The position numbers and the translations under genes are program-made. Below the pieces are notes generated by a model. That model was not told the origin of the DNA. It ran no database searches and saw only the letters and a program-made list of their open reading frames with translations. DNA of 64,000 nt from Phoronis australis (taxonomy: Eukaryota; Animalia; Phoronida): the NCBI GenBank assembly GCA_002633005.1, contig NMRA01000318.1:273594-337593 (forward strand). Direction: 5' to 3'. Below, piece by piece: positions 39,801-54,800 of this stretch. The number at the start of each line of letters is the position of its first letter. Position 1 is the first letter of the stretch.

Positions 39801-42800
39801 GAACGGACTGAAATTGGAACTCGATCCGGTCTAGGCCTGAATGCCGCAGGCATACAGGGGCAATTGTAAATCCCCATAAAAAATTAGTCATTTCAAAATA
39901 CAGCAAATAAAATCAATTGAAACATGCATATGGGGCATGGAGTTATAATTAGCCCATACCCTGACTTTGGATACAATTTAGTCTACAAATAACTTGAACA
40001 TGTCACTCGAGTTTCTCTCAGCGGGCACCATTTTGAGGAAGTTACGTGAAATCACGCTTGTTGACAAACAAAAAGACACAAATCTTACAAATTTCAGTTG
40101 ATATTTTCCCATGCTATTGGGCAAGTGCCACGTGCCAGGTCACACGCTTTGCTCAGTATTGCGCTAGCCTTTGCCTCATACTCACCTGACTCAGTTGAAA
40201 TACTTTGTGGTTATCGTGTGCGCAGTCAAAGTTAACAGTAACCAAAAAGTGGAGTTGGAATTCTTCGCCAAAGTCACCTGAATTCCCGTAGCTATGCTTT
40301 ATCGAAAATATATATAGAAGCAGAAAGGATCACTGAATAAAGTAAGCGCCTTTTTAGGTGATAATTTTAGGTGTGGAATGTATTTCTTGATGAGGTGAAA
40401 ACTTAATCAGTGAGCGGATTTCGCTTACCGCTCGTTTAAAATACACGGGACGAAATTAGTACAGAACGCGATGAAACGTATTGTAGTGCGAATCTGAATT
40501 TCATTTGCCATAACAGCAATGCTTGTTTGGCGTTTTTCACACTAAAAGATTAAAAACTCGACGTAAACAACAGAATACACTCTGCTACCATATCGGGCAA
40601 ATGGCCAAACGACAAGCTTTTGCCCCACTTCCGGTGATGTCACAGTTAAGTCTCACATAATCTCGCGTTATTGTTATAAACTCGCAAAAGGACTATTGCA
40701 GCCACGGCTACATCACAAACAGTATGCTTCTAGGGGTGTATATCAGAGATGTATATCAGAATGTTTGTTTTCGGGGTCTGTTAATTTTGGTAGAAATACA
40801 AAATTTTCACTCATTGGGTGTTGCTTTGTGACCACTGCATCATATCAATAATACTAAGAATGTAGTAAAAGTTGTTTAATGTCGATACATAAGACCTTCA
40901 TTTTGTGAAAATCCACTTGTACGCCACATCGAGTTTTACATGTGTGAGAACAAGTTTGACACATGAAAACGGCTTTGAAGGATTAGCAGTTCACTTTTTC
41001 TTACAATACAAAATAAGTAACCCATGCGCAAGATTCTGTAATAGTCCATGAGCCATCAATCAGATGCACATTAGATGTTTTCTGATTTGCTTTTAAAAGT
41101 TTCCAGTGAGAACATTTGTCAGATGTGTGATCTGTCTTCTTCTCATTTACCCCCAAATCAGTCGACTGATCTGCCTTCTTATCGTAAGCAGGCTACATTC
41201 CAATGGCATAATGTGCGGTAAGGCTCTGTTGGCTGGTGATGATTGCACTCCATTTGCGAGAATATTATCATTTTGCACATTGAAGTTACGCTAATTGTTG
41301 CTTAACAAAGTTGTTTTAAGCAGTTGATCTGCCTTCCAGTCACACAATCTATTTGCCTTGAACTCATAAATGTTCCACGTCTGCAGTAAATATGACCACA
41401 GTTCTTAAGAGCAAAAATACAGCAGAGACGCACGCACATACACAGACACACACACACATGCACGCTCATACACACAAACAATTCATTAGTCTTATTCAAC
41501 ATCAGTGTCACACTTTTTACACCAAGGTGACTGGTTTCAGTTTCAAGGAATGTGACAAATGACAGCACAGCAAATGTGGACTAAAGTTTGCTCTTGCCGG
41601 AACAAATAAATAAAACATCTATTACGTGTGCACGTTATTGCTTCACCTAGTATGCAAACCATAATCTTTTACACAAACTCCGTTCGCAAGCCTTGCAGAT
41701 ATGAGGCACACAAACTCAAGGTGGTAATTAAACAATTACAGTTAGTTTTTTTAAAACGAATTAAACAAAATTTCTTCTCGTCGAAACTTGGTAGAAGTTC
41801 AAAGCAAAAATTAGTGGCTCATTTTCATAAGATTTAGTGTTTATTTTCACGTGATTTCTGTCCGAGTTTTCGACATCACATCCACTTTTCGAAAACTACT
41901 GTAAAACTGTCTGCAGAACACTTAGCACAGGAAAGTGACCCTTACCACGCACCGTAACAACTCTACCACGCGCAAACAACCCTCATCACAGAGACTGGAC
42001 TAAAACACAAACTTAAGGTACACCTCCCACACATAATGTAGGTTCAGGTTGCCAAATAAGGATTCGTTTCATGAGGTGAATGTTCTTGCAGTTTGTGGTA
42101 CTTTGTGGGGAGTGGTAAGAGTTTCCCTTCAACGGTAATTATTCAATTACCAGCCCTGCGGCCTGCTTCCCCACTTAAGTAGGAGCTTAAGACCGAATTT
42201 CCGTCTTAAGTCACTTTTCATGAAACAGAATCCTGGATTTGACCATTCTACTAACCTTGCTCCTTTTCTGGGGCGTTAATTCCTTTTCTGTTTCCGTTAC
42301 GTAATCCTTTTCTTCGTAATACAGTTGACTCTTGAACTTAACTAGCGGCTAAAAAATAACACGGTGGTCGGTTAGACTTAAGGAAACCCGAACAATCAAC
42401 CATAACACAAGTTGTAAAATGAAGTTCACAGAGAAACATCACAAAATCTACGTGAAATTGAGCGCTACATAGGCGGGTAAAAATAAACAACTTTAAAGTA
42501 AGATGAAATAAGAATGAAGCAGATTACAAGGACACAAATAACACAAAAGAGCCCCATTCTTAACATAGTATTAACCACAGAAAACAAGGAGTGTTTTCAA
42601 CTGACACAAAGAGACAATGATGGTACCATCAGCCATTTAGCATGAATGTAATTGCCAAAAGGTCATTGTCTAATTTTCATTGGTTTACAACTTGGCTGCA
42701 AATAATCAAAATTTAACCAAGCGTTGTTTTATGGCAGCTGTTCAGTACAAACTATACTGACACTAAACAGAAAATTCTCTTCATGTTCATTTTTGTTGTA

Positions 42801-45800
42801 AATTTTAAAGTATTTTTCTGCCATATTGTTTGTTAAACAAGTGTAGAATTACTGTATTCAACCTTTTCAAAGTAATAACATTAGTCACATAAAGTGGAGC
42901 CTCAGGCCAAAAGCAATACAAATTTCTTTCACAAAATGTGCCCTCTGATGCTTTTCAGTCACCATCTATTTTGTTTCCATACGAGCCAGTTGCGGATTCA
43001 GAGAGGGGTAGAGGGGGTCCAGATTCCCACACGGTCACTTCTATATTTTTGTAATGGGGGAATCTCAAGTACCTCTTTGTTTGTTCCTTATCGGACTTCC
43101 TGGACAAAATTCTGGATCTGCGACTATGACATCAATTGAGATGGGTAACTCTGATCAGACTTCGCACAGATATTTTTAATTTTTAATTTTTGATTGATTA
43201 GATCATTTCCTGCACCATTTATTTCTGATCTGCATTTTTCAACATGACTTCTCAGAAACAGACACGTTATATTGAATACATTCTAATCACCTTTTTGACT
43301 AAACTGCATATCAAATACGGTACCTACTGTATGCATACTGGGTGTATACTCTATCAGTTGTTTCAAGTACTTGTATGCCATGTCTATGATTTAATACAGC
43401 TATATTGAATACACTGCGCACTGAATCCATGATTTTTAAACCGTGGTAAAAATATGCAATATACCGTATTAAAATACTTTACTGCATATACATAACAGGT
43501 TTACATCAAACTGGCTGAATGACTTCCAAATATTTGAAACAACAATTTTCATGTCCGCATACAAGACAATGCTCAATAGGTATGAAAACGCAGTTATTCA
43601 GCAATTCCCTTCAGTGGCAGACACACAAAATAGAATTTTAACAACTTCGGCTTAAAAGTTTAATTTCATTTAACCTTGGTTGTGTATTTCTGGCTAATTC
43701 ATGACCAACGTTTGTGTCTTTATTGAACAATTTGTACATCAATATGACAATAAATCAAAACTACATTACGAAGTTTGACAAACTGTCGGAATGTTTCTCT
43801 ACATTTATGCCCCCTGGCATCGCACATGTTAAGGTTAGCAATGAACAATTAATTACCGATGTCGCACCACACATAATTACAGCGTGAATAAAACATATGT
43901 TTAGTAATTCAAGCTAGAGCAGCCGGACAAATTTAAACAACAGCTGCTTATTGAAAGTGCAGTAACATTCCAGCCACAGCTGATCACCATGGCAACCTGA
44001 GGCACTTGGTTGTGACTGAAGCAGTCCAACACAAGGGCTTTGTGAAAATGGAATTTGAAGTACATCGACCCTAGACCACTTCTTCACCAGAAAGTTATCA
44101 AGTCCCAAGTTTGGTTTAGCATGACGGTGCATGCATTGTTTTTCTCTCCATAATGTTCAGTAAAGGAAAACCTATCCAATTCCCGACAAAATAATATTAA
44201 AACAGCCATTTTCTCTAATAATGTTGTCATGCCGATAATTTTTCCATACCATTATCAGGTGGTATCATTGCTACAGAACATGAACATTGGAAAGTATTAA
44301 CTTGGTGTTACGTATCGTTCAACAAAAATGAGAAAAAATAGAAACTCTCGTTTCAGCCATATTGCGTCCTAAATTGGCAAGATTTTACCACATGGAAATT
44401 AAGCCCGCACAATCATTGCTCTCAATTATTATTTACATGAATAACCCCTACCAAAAAAAGCCATCACTAACGGGGGTTCTTGATTTTGAAAAATCAATTT
44501 GACGTTCGCTACTCAGAGGATATCAATTCCAGAAGCAAAAACGGGACCTTTGACCAGATCCTTCAATAAACAGGCCTCTTGACAGAAGCCATGAAGCACA
44601 AGGTGCTGCGAAAAGGGCCCAGTTTCTAATGAGACCAAGTCTTAATAAACCATTCTGTTCAGCTCAGAAGTGTGCCAGTGGTACCACCATTCAAAACTAG
44701 GTTAATGACGCAGTGCGTTTTCTACTCCTGCAAAAGTGAAAAGTTTAATTCGGCAAGGGGAATTTCATTGTGACAAATTGGGTTCATTTTGCAAATCCTG
44801 CAAATTGAGCCTATCCAACTGGACATAAAACCTTATTTTCATAAGAAAACGACACTAGTGCCCAATCTAATGAAAACGGGCTAATTTCGAGATGGCCGGC
44901 CAGCATTACAATCTTTGAAGTTTTACTACTCGTAAATGCTTCGGTTCTAGACTATGAAAATGAAGTCCTATCATGATAAGGAAAATTCTGACACTGGTTT
45001 TCATTTTGGTTTCGCAAACAGCTTAACAGAAGGAAATGTAGTTTTAAGTGAATGAAAACCAAGTTATTTGAAGATTTGTCATTTACTATGCACGCACATA
45101 ATTTTATGGATGTTTAATGCACTATCCTATGCCTGCTTACATTGATACTGTTGAAAGACCAAGGCGATTTACTAGAAAAGGGCATATCAAATTCAGTTTC
45201 AAGCGGAAGACAACCAAGTAGTTTTTGACATCTATGTCTAAGGTTTAGGTGTACACACAGGATGTGCTGCTCAGACAATCCGGACTTTTTCACAACAGTT
45301 CTCCAGCAAAAGAGGTCTTCATCGAGTTACATTCCTCCCAAAAGGGGGTGTTTAGAATGTCTCCAACAGGTACACTGCATCAACAGCAGTAGGGTTAACA
45401 TGCTGTAGCTTGTATTTTTGTGTCCTGAATTTTAATGGATTGCTACTGTAAGCATTTGGAATCAACTGCCAGCAAGATAGGGTAAAACCTCACCAATTTC
45501 GGACAAAACTAACGCTTGCTAAAATTGCCTTCTTCATGTTTCCAAGGCTTCAAACATTGGTATGAAAGCCTACAATTTCTCAAATCATTGCCAGATGCTA
45601 GCTATGCAGACTTGGAATGACCACTGATAAGAAAGAGGAAAAAATTTCCAGGTGATGTATCATTCCACAAATAGGCCTGTGTGATAAGACTTTTTTTAAT
45701 TCAACTGAAATGAACGTTTTTGCCGGCATAGTCAAAATAATGATAAAAGAGATGTGAAAAAAGAGGAAACAGAAACCAAAAAAGAGGAAATCCCCTTAAA

Positions 45801-48800
45801 AGAGGAAAATTCCAAGCCCTGGTGTAGAAGCCGAACATGGAAAATATTAAAATCAGATACAACTTATCCTTAATGAAAAATTAGCAAATATGTCCTAAAC
45901 TAGTGGAATTTGACCGCAATGTTTTCGAATTTTAATAAAACATGCGCCAGTGGCCTGGTGCCTTTTGTGGTGCACCAGGTGTGCTAAGGCCACAAGGTTG
46001 CGCCCATTTCACTAATCACCTGATTAAGACTCAGGAAGATTCTTAAGCATGAGGTTCATTCTAAGTCTTCTAATCTTCCTGTTCTTCAGGAAATCAGAAA
46101 GGCTATTGTACCTGCACCATCTGTCAATGTCTACAAGGCAACTTGTATGTTGTCCATCCAGATTTTAATACAAAAAATGTAAAGAAACTCTATGAAAAGG
46201 TGACCTGTTTCATCAGTGAAAGCTTCCAACAAAAATGTCCCTTCATAAGAATAAGCTTTCCAAAATTTCTAATAGCGTGGTGGTAATTGTAATTTTCCAG
46301 CAATAGACTACTTAATTCAAAAAAATAAAAACATCAGTTTAACCCTTACTCTGCTCAGTTGATACTACAGTAAGGCAACAGTATAATGTAAACACAAACA
46401 CACAAACTTCACCAAAAGGGTTTCACAGCCTGCACTTGAAACCACTGATGGGCTCCCAGTGTAATCCAAGGCCCTGAACATGTATATACATACCCAACAT
46501 ACCATCAGGGGGCAGATAACGCTTGGCTGAAGTTAGCCAGTCAACCAAGCCACAGTCATCATAGCAATGCCAAGAAGAGGAGAAACAATGCAATAAGTGG
46601 AGAGACACACCATGATGTCAAGCAGACAAGAATGAGAAGGGATGAGACAGAGATACGACCCCATTCTGTACAGAGGTAAGGTAAGCAAGACTGTCTTTAT
46701 GGTGTACAAGCACAAGCTTATTGAATTCTCATGTGCATGAACATTCAGACACAAAAACGTATTAATGTTTTACTAAAACAAAGATTTAGCAGGTTTTGAA
46801 ATGGATGGTAGTGAATGTTGAAACGTGAACTGTAGCTGTTTCTTTTTCACCAAATCATGAATGGAAATGTACTTTGCATGCACACTTTGAGCCACAAGGC
46901 AACATTGAATTACTTTCTATAAGTTGTATGGGCTGAACCATCAACTCGAAAGCTTTCGAGGTTATATGTCTTCTGTGCACTTTAAAATTTTAGTGCGAAC
47001 AACTCAAAATGATTGACGTTGCATTGCAAGGCAACAATTGAGCAATGAAGTGTTCAACCAGTGTTTGCCAAACATATGAACCCATGTATTAAAGACTGGC
47101 TCTCAGGATATATGAGAAAAGCTAAACTGCCTTGTGTGACCCTTATGAGAAACTGTAGCTCCTTAATGGAACATTAGCGGTGAGAAAAGTGGTTTTCTGA
47201 CATCATCCCAAGCAGAATCAAACCCGCAACCCTTATGGTCGCAGTCCAACACTGCTTGTGGAGCTAAACACCATTTGATAAATGGTAGAGAATTTTAAGT
47301 GTATTTGACTGGCGAATTCACAAGCCTCAATTTCAGCGAATGTCTGGTAAACAATGGTGAGAGTTGGTGATTCGTAATAAAATAACAAAGCAACAATGGA
47401 TTTTGTTGTTTTAAAGCTCTGGTCAAAACTAATAATTGTACTAAGTCTATCCCACCCAACAACAATCACAAGAAATTTCCACTTAGNAACCACGCTAATA
47501 ACTATTTAATTGGTGTTGGAGGATCCAAGGGATTAACTGTGGTATGGTGATAAAGAATGGACAGGTCTTCGCGAAACAATGAGCAATTATAATTCTTATA
47601 GCCACGCAGTCGTCTGCGATTTCAAACGCAATTTTGCCTCCTCTCAAACAAAAATGACGAAAATTCACTCACTTCTGTCAAGGTGTAATGACAAAATTGA
47701 AGAGAACAATATTGGTTTTTTCAGTTTTGGAAGCAAATCTATTTCTTATAGAAAAACAACACATTGTTGTTAATCTAGTGAACAAATAACAAGTCAGTAT
47801 CTTTATTATAATTCACACTTTAGCAATAATGCCAAAAACAAACATGAGTGATGGGACTGTGAAAAACGACCAACAAATGGAAACAACTAAACCACAACTA
47901 GATGACAAATAGACGACAAATCTTCTCTTCATTCCAATCTTGCCCAACATCATGAACAAGGAACTGCAAAGACTTGGACCAATTAAAATCCAGATTACAA
48001 CACATTATCGCACACAAACTTCCCTTGCTATACACTCCAACAGCATTTGTTTTCAATTACCTTACATTTCATAAGAAAGCAGCTACTTCCCAACACAGGC
48101 TTTGTTAGTAATTACCTTAATTTCATCATAAACCACTACATCCCCCCCTGCCCTGACGCCGCCCAATTCAAATGCATGCCTTGTTCAAGATCAGATGTCA
48201 AGAGGACTTGTCAGAGAAAGTGGCCAAAGCCTGCCAGTTTACTAGGGTCAATATGGTTTTATTAAAAACAACTATATCAACAGCACACTTAGGCTCTTCC
48301 AGACAGAGCAAGGGAAATGAGAATTGATTTTTCTCAACGCCAGTGATGCGGAGCAACAAAAAGGTAGACATCAGACAAAAAGCCCTCGAGCAATTGCTCC
48401 GTGATCATTATCTAGATTCAAGAAGCCATAGGACAAAAGGTAAGGTGCTCTGATCCATTACATTTGATGACTGCAGTTAAGTGTGGACCATTTGATCTAA
48501 ACAAGACTTGATCAAGATAGCTTGCAAGCAGTGAACCATTAATATGTCATCATAGTGGGTTTAAAAAGAACAACTGTGAGGCAAAGGCTGAGAATAGTAT
48601 AGAATAGTGTCATCAAGCCTGTCCAGACACAAAGGACGTGTCATCTTACAGCAACCTGTGCGTTCATTTCATGCAGAAAGACTTGCATAAGAACCACAAT
48701 AGGTTCAGCAGGAAAATTTGGCTCGTTAGAATTAATTTACATGGGTTCAAACTAATTTCCATGAAAAGAGTAATTTGTGAAATAAATTGAAAATGCTATT

Positions 48801-51800
48801 AAAGTCCAAAAAGCAAAGTTGATTGTGGTCTGGTCTGTACCCAGACTCATTTTGAGATCTGCATTTACCAACTAAAAATAATGTTAAAAAATGTCTGCCT
48901 GCATCAATTCTCGATTTTTTTTAAAAAAGCTGAACAAAGGCACATAAGCAAGAATAAGCAAAGTGTGAAACACCGTGATGTTGTCAAGCCATGAGTAAAA
49001 AAAATCTCTCATCATTTGTGGAAGTCTCAGGTGGATTATCTTTTTTGAAAAAGTGAGCAACGAAACTACCGCACCACTCTAATTAAAAAAAAAAAAAAAC
49101 ACTGACTAAAACCAACTATGATATGCTTTTTAGCCATTTGAATGAATTACTAATTTATTCCTCTGGAGACAAATAAAGTCAAGACAAAATTCTAGATTAG
49201 ACTAGAATCATAATTTACTTCAAGAACATTACAAAAAGTTAAACTGACTTGATACAAGATCATTTCACAGGGACAAACTTGTTCTCTAGACAAAGACTCC
49301 ACTTCACATCCCACTTTTTAATATAACAGGTGCTCTTTTAATAAACTCATCCCGTGCATTTATTTGCATGTTTTTTCAATCGATGATTGGCACTCGGTTT
49401 ACGAGACTTTCCACTGACATTAAACAGGGTATCCCCTGTTGTTGATATTGAAACCCAACAAACACAGATGTCTACTACAGAAGTTGAAATCTCTGGCAGT
49501 GTTATGCTATGAATCATGACCCAAACTACACAGCTCCTGCAGTTAATAGATGTGGACAGATAATGTGTTTTTTGAGAGAATGTGCATGCTTGTCAGATGA
49601 GCAATTGCATCTTCCCTGCGAATATTTCTGGATTCTCTTGAAATGTTTTTCCAGCTTTATCAAACAATCTAAATGTAGGTTAATAGCTTGTGCAAAAAGA
49701 CCTGGAGGTGTCTAAGAGATTGCACACCATCTTTAAGACAGTTCAAGTTTTCACACAAATACCCTACATCTTGAAATGGGTGACCATATAGCACTTAAGT
49801 TTAAGGTGAAAATCTTATCAAAACAACTAGTTTGACTCGATCAAATAACTGTTTTTTCAATGTGCATTTGACAAGTGATAATTGTGAAAATTAAAAAAGT
49901 GTTTAACGAAAGGTTTGCAGTGATACCGGCACAACTTAAATCATTTCGTCACTGTTTACGATAAAATCTCACCAATTTCTGACAAAAATATTCTAAAATT
50001 GGTCTTTTTCATTTTCAAAAGCTTCTAACGTTATGATAGTAGCTGTGGCGTAGACCTTTAGAAATTATATAACATTTATCTGGAGCTACTTACTTTTTAC
50101 GAAAATAAAATTTCACTTGTGTCCTGAATTATTGAGACTATGCCATACACGGATTTAGAAATAACACAACAAATTTTCATTACTTTGCCCTCATCCGTGT
50201 TTCCAATCCATTTAGTTTTGTTGCAAATCAACCTTGGTTGGATCAGTGAACAACACTGGTAATTCACAAGCTGTTGTAAGACTACAGCATCTGATAACAG
50301 ATCAACAACACAATAACCAAACCAATATCAAGAGCATAGCAGAATGTCTTGTGGTGGCAATAACAATAAATACAACAATGGTGATAACATTCCAACCAAA
50401 ACACAGCCAAGCACCATACAATGCAATGTGACTCCAATAAGCTAATTACTGTTCACTCTACCCACCAATAACACAGCTCTTCTATTTATTCAATCAATTA
50501 TAAACTTATCCACAACAGTTCACAGGCACTGCAGCATACAGTACAGGTCAAAAGTATTCAGACAAAATGACCCAGAATTCCTGGTCATGAGGCCTGGGCA
50601 GAAGTTCAATTCTTTATCAGAGCAGCTTTGTGAGCGAGAATGAAGGGGAATTGACAAGAAAGTGAGAAAGGTGGCTAAGCCAGTCTGTAACAAGAATTTT
50701 GTGGCTAAAATAGTCAATATCAATTATTTTTGCCGTAAACATATACTTAGCTGTCATGACAGGAAATGGGTATTTTGTCCAACTACTTTTGTCCTATACT
50801 GTACATACAGAGAAATCTTTGCAAATCCAGATGAGGACAATGGCTCTGTGTCGAACCAATCTCTTATTTTCTAATTTGGGAAATTGATGCAGACATTGAC
50901 ATGAACGTCATTATGTGGACAGACTTCTTAATGAGGTAGGGGTTGGTTAGTTGTTGTCTAGTTAAGCATCTCAGTTACATACATGTAGAACTGTTGTTGA
51001 TGTGAATCATTAGTCATCTTGTATGCAAGTATTGTATAACCACAAGCTTTAATACCAGAAGGTATTTCTTTTCTGTGGCACTGCAATGGCACATTAAATG
51101 ACCAGTTTAGCTCCAGTCTCTTTTTGTATTGAAACGAGACATCAGGCTAATTTTGTACAGGACTCGGTTGTGTAATATTTCAAAACTTATATGCTGGATA
51201 GCTTGACTGCTGAGTGAGAATGGGATGTCATCGTTGCTATGGTATATAGCGCACATAACTTTATGCAACTGGGCCCTGATAAATTGTTGATCCACAGTCG
51301 GATTTTCTATTTTTCACCGACTAATAATTTCTAAGTTTGAACAAAGTCTACCTACGACAAAATGTGCACTGTGAGACAAAACCAACTTGCCACCAACTGT
51401 GTACCAAAACAATTCAACAACTTGGTGCCAATTTTTTGGAATAATTCTAAATAAATGGTATCTTCCAGAATCCCGAGTCAAAGTGAACATGCTTTGAGCA
51501 GAGCCAACACTGACAACCAACGATTCACCTCAGGAATGCCAGACAGGAAGTAGAGACCAGAGTGACTGGAGGTCTGACCCGGCTGAGATACCTGAGAGAA
51601 AGCTACTATTTGGACTAATGTGGATTAAGATGTCAGCTAGCTAAAAAACAACTACACATTTATCACAACAGACTAAGTGATGTTGTACGTGGATAAGAGT
51701 TGTGCTAAATCATTAGTCTTGGGAAGCTGATCGGATTGAGGGATTGACTGTGAAAGGTTATTTCTGGCTTGAACATTATCGGCCTTCTGAGCACTTGTAG

Positions 51801-54800
51801 CCATAGGGTCATTCACAAGCCAGATGCAAGCTGGATTCAATAACGAATGTGGGGGGAAGGATTTAGTCAAAATATGACAATGCCCATTTCATGAGGAATT
51901 TAGCAAGGAATTTAAGATGCATTTGACCAACATGGAAGGAAATCCAGATCCCCATGTGTGGGGTGTGGAAGAAAAATATGCTGTGTTATTCGGAAGCATG
52001 GCTACAGTCGTGACACTGACAAGCACTGTGTTGTTGCTAGCTTGCTGCTGTCCAAAGAAGAAGTCGTTATCGCTGGATTCAGAGAGTGTGGATGAGGTGC
52101 GGAGCGTAAACACTCCAGCTAAAGATGAGGAAGAGATTTTACCAAAAATCATAATGTAAGTATCAACAAAGAGCTCAAACAGCTGCTGTCCATTCGTTAT
52201 GAATTAGGCAAAAACTTTCTAGTTTGGGGAACTGGAGAATTTGAAATAGTTTTTTGTCACAATGTCTCTTTCTTATCAAAGCTAACAAACGCTCAAAGCG
52301 AACCAAAAGCTAAAACACTTGATTTTCAAGAATCAAGTCATAAGTAGAACTTGTAGGACGGGGCAACATAAAATCTGTCCAAAATACTTCAAAGACTACA
52401 AAAAAATGTTAATAAAGACACATGTATTTCACTTTCAATATAGTAACAGTTTCGCAGAGAAAACAAAGACTAGAATAAAAAAATTATGACTTTTTGATCT
52501 AATGATCATCAAATTCAGTAGTCATGGGTGTAATTTTCAATGCATTAACACAATTATATATTTCAACTAGAACAGTTACTATAGCTTAACACAAACAGGA
52601 TCCCACTCCAGTCATACATGCTATCTGTACTTACAAAATGACAAAATTATGACTTATGTACCCTCAACATTGCATGCTAGAGAGAATGACAACGTTGCCA
52701 ATATACATAGCAAGCTGGCAAAGAACATTCAAAATCTTGCAGAGACGGAAAAAACTCCCGAGTCTCCGTAACGGAGATGGTGCGGTCACTGGAGACTACG
52801 AAGGAAACCAATAAACCCCTGTATAAACCAGCAAAGAAGGCACCGCAAAGTGAAGCTTTCAAAGAGTTTGAATCATCAGGCCTCATTATTGGCATGGTAA
52901 GTAAATACGGTAAAACTTCTTCAATTTGGTAACACTCTATGGCGGACAGGAGTGTTAGCAAGTATTGCACAGGTACACTTTGATAAGTCAGTTATTACAT
53001 TCTTCTCATGGAACATGCTGACTTGTTCTTAATCTTGGTTGTTGCCTAAAGTCAACACGGTGAAATTTCGTTTTGTCAACTTTCTCAACAAAAGTAACTT
53101 TTCCGGAAACCTTACTTTGCGTTTTGCATGGTTTGTATGGCGTAGCAATCACCGAACAACATTTGGTAAAATGGTGAGCATTTGCAACAGGGTAAACCTG
53201 CCAAAAATAGAAATATGGCAATTTTAACAATTATTTTTGTCCCAAATTCAAGATTTTTTTACTGTAGGTGCTATTTTGTAAAGTAATTGCTAACAAGTGA
53301 TCTGTCTCAGATGCACCATAATATGAGTAACGTTATTAAATGCCTTAAAGGTGCTGTATTGGTTATTTCCAAGACAGAGTTCAAAAGTGCATCTGTCTAG
53401 CCTGTATGTAGAGAACAGCATCTCAAAAGAATACCTAATCTAACCAATTTCCAAAAAAAGGTAATTAAAATTATTCATTTTCCAAGGTCTCCTAATAATT
53501 GTTGTGGATGTCAATTTTCAAAATACTTTTCTGATGGTAAAGCATTACTTTGGTGCTGCTTATCTTTCATAAAAAACAAGAAAATTAAATTTCACTTGTC
53601 AGCAATATTGCGTCTAACTTGCTTAGATTTTACATAAATGTCGATAATCAGCCTATATGACTTCAAATGCCACCTCTGTTGAAGCCAAAAGCCTCATAGA
53701 ATTAAATGGCACTTTCAAGTAATGCTAAACAAGGTTAATATTCATTATTTTGTTTGGTTGCCAAATGAGCTAAACATCGTTTATTGCTTGCTTCTATCGG
53801 CATATTCTTCACTGGAAAGTAGATTTATTACAGTTAGATTTTTTACTTAGTTGACCTTGTCACTGCGTGTTACTTCCTAACTGAGATAACTTTTCAGCTC
53901 ATGTGAACTTCCTGCTTTCATTTTATAATTTATAGAAATTATGGAAACGATGATAGCACTGGTCTTGTCACAATCTGAAAAGGTGTCGAAAACCTGGTCT
54001 GTCTAGAACACGAATAACCTCACACCTGGCAACTTTGTATACTTCACAGGGCATGACTAAGAAAGACCGAGGAAATGGACAAAAGACTGATTTTGAAATT
54101 CCAGTGCAAATTGCCAATGGCAATGACAAAGAAGGGTAACCATGATGGCAAAGTTAACAAAAATGTCTCATTGAGATTTAGGGTGACCTCCCTAGACACG
54201 AACAACCCTGATATTGGTTTAGTGTTACAGTTGCCTTTAAAGGAACATTCTCGGTGAGAGAAGTAATTTCACAGAAATTAACAGTAGCCTGGAATCAAAC
54301 TCACCAATTGGTCTACAGTGGCTGTTGAATACTCTGCCGCTAAATCAAATCCCACGTGTTTAAAAAGCAGAGTATCTTAAGTGTATTTCAAAAGTAAAAA
54401 TTCCTAGCATCATTTCAGGGAATGTTTGGCAGACAATAGCGAGAAATGTCGATTTGTAATAAAATCAAGAAAACACAACAGATTTTTGTCTCATCCAACA
54501 ATAACCACAAAAATTAGATTGACCAAAAAACCCGATAATGTTCCTTTAAAAATAGACAAACCACATAAACAAAGCATGTCTAATTTCTTCAGCAGACACA
54601 TTGTAACTTTGTAGAACCAATGGTATTGTAAGATAAGAAGTCATTTGAAGTATCATCGGATAACTTGAACAAAAGAATGCTCACTAACGAACAACTAGGA
54701 ATCTTAATTGAATTGAGAAGATCATTTGCACTAGTTCGTGAAACTTGTATAACTAAGCATCTTGGGATTTTGTCACAAGAAACCAGGGTGAAAGGAAGAG

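Noticed and set aside
47480-47495. Second N (47487) as another false duplication
   Set aside because: No duplicated flank is visible; it is a simple gap of unknown size that could hide sequence from the upstream exon chain.
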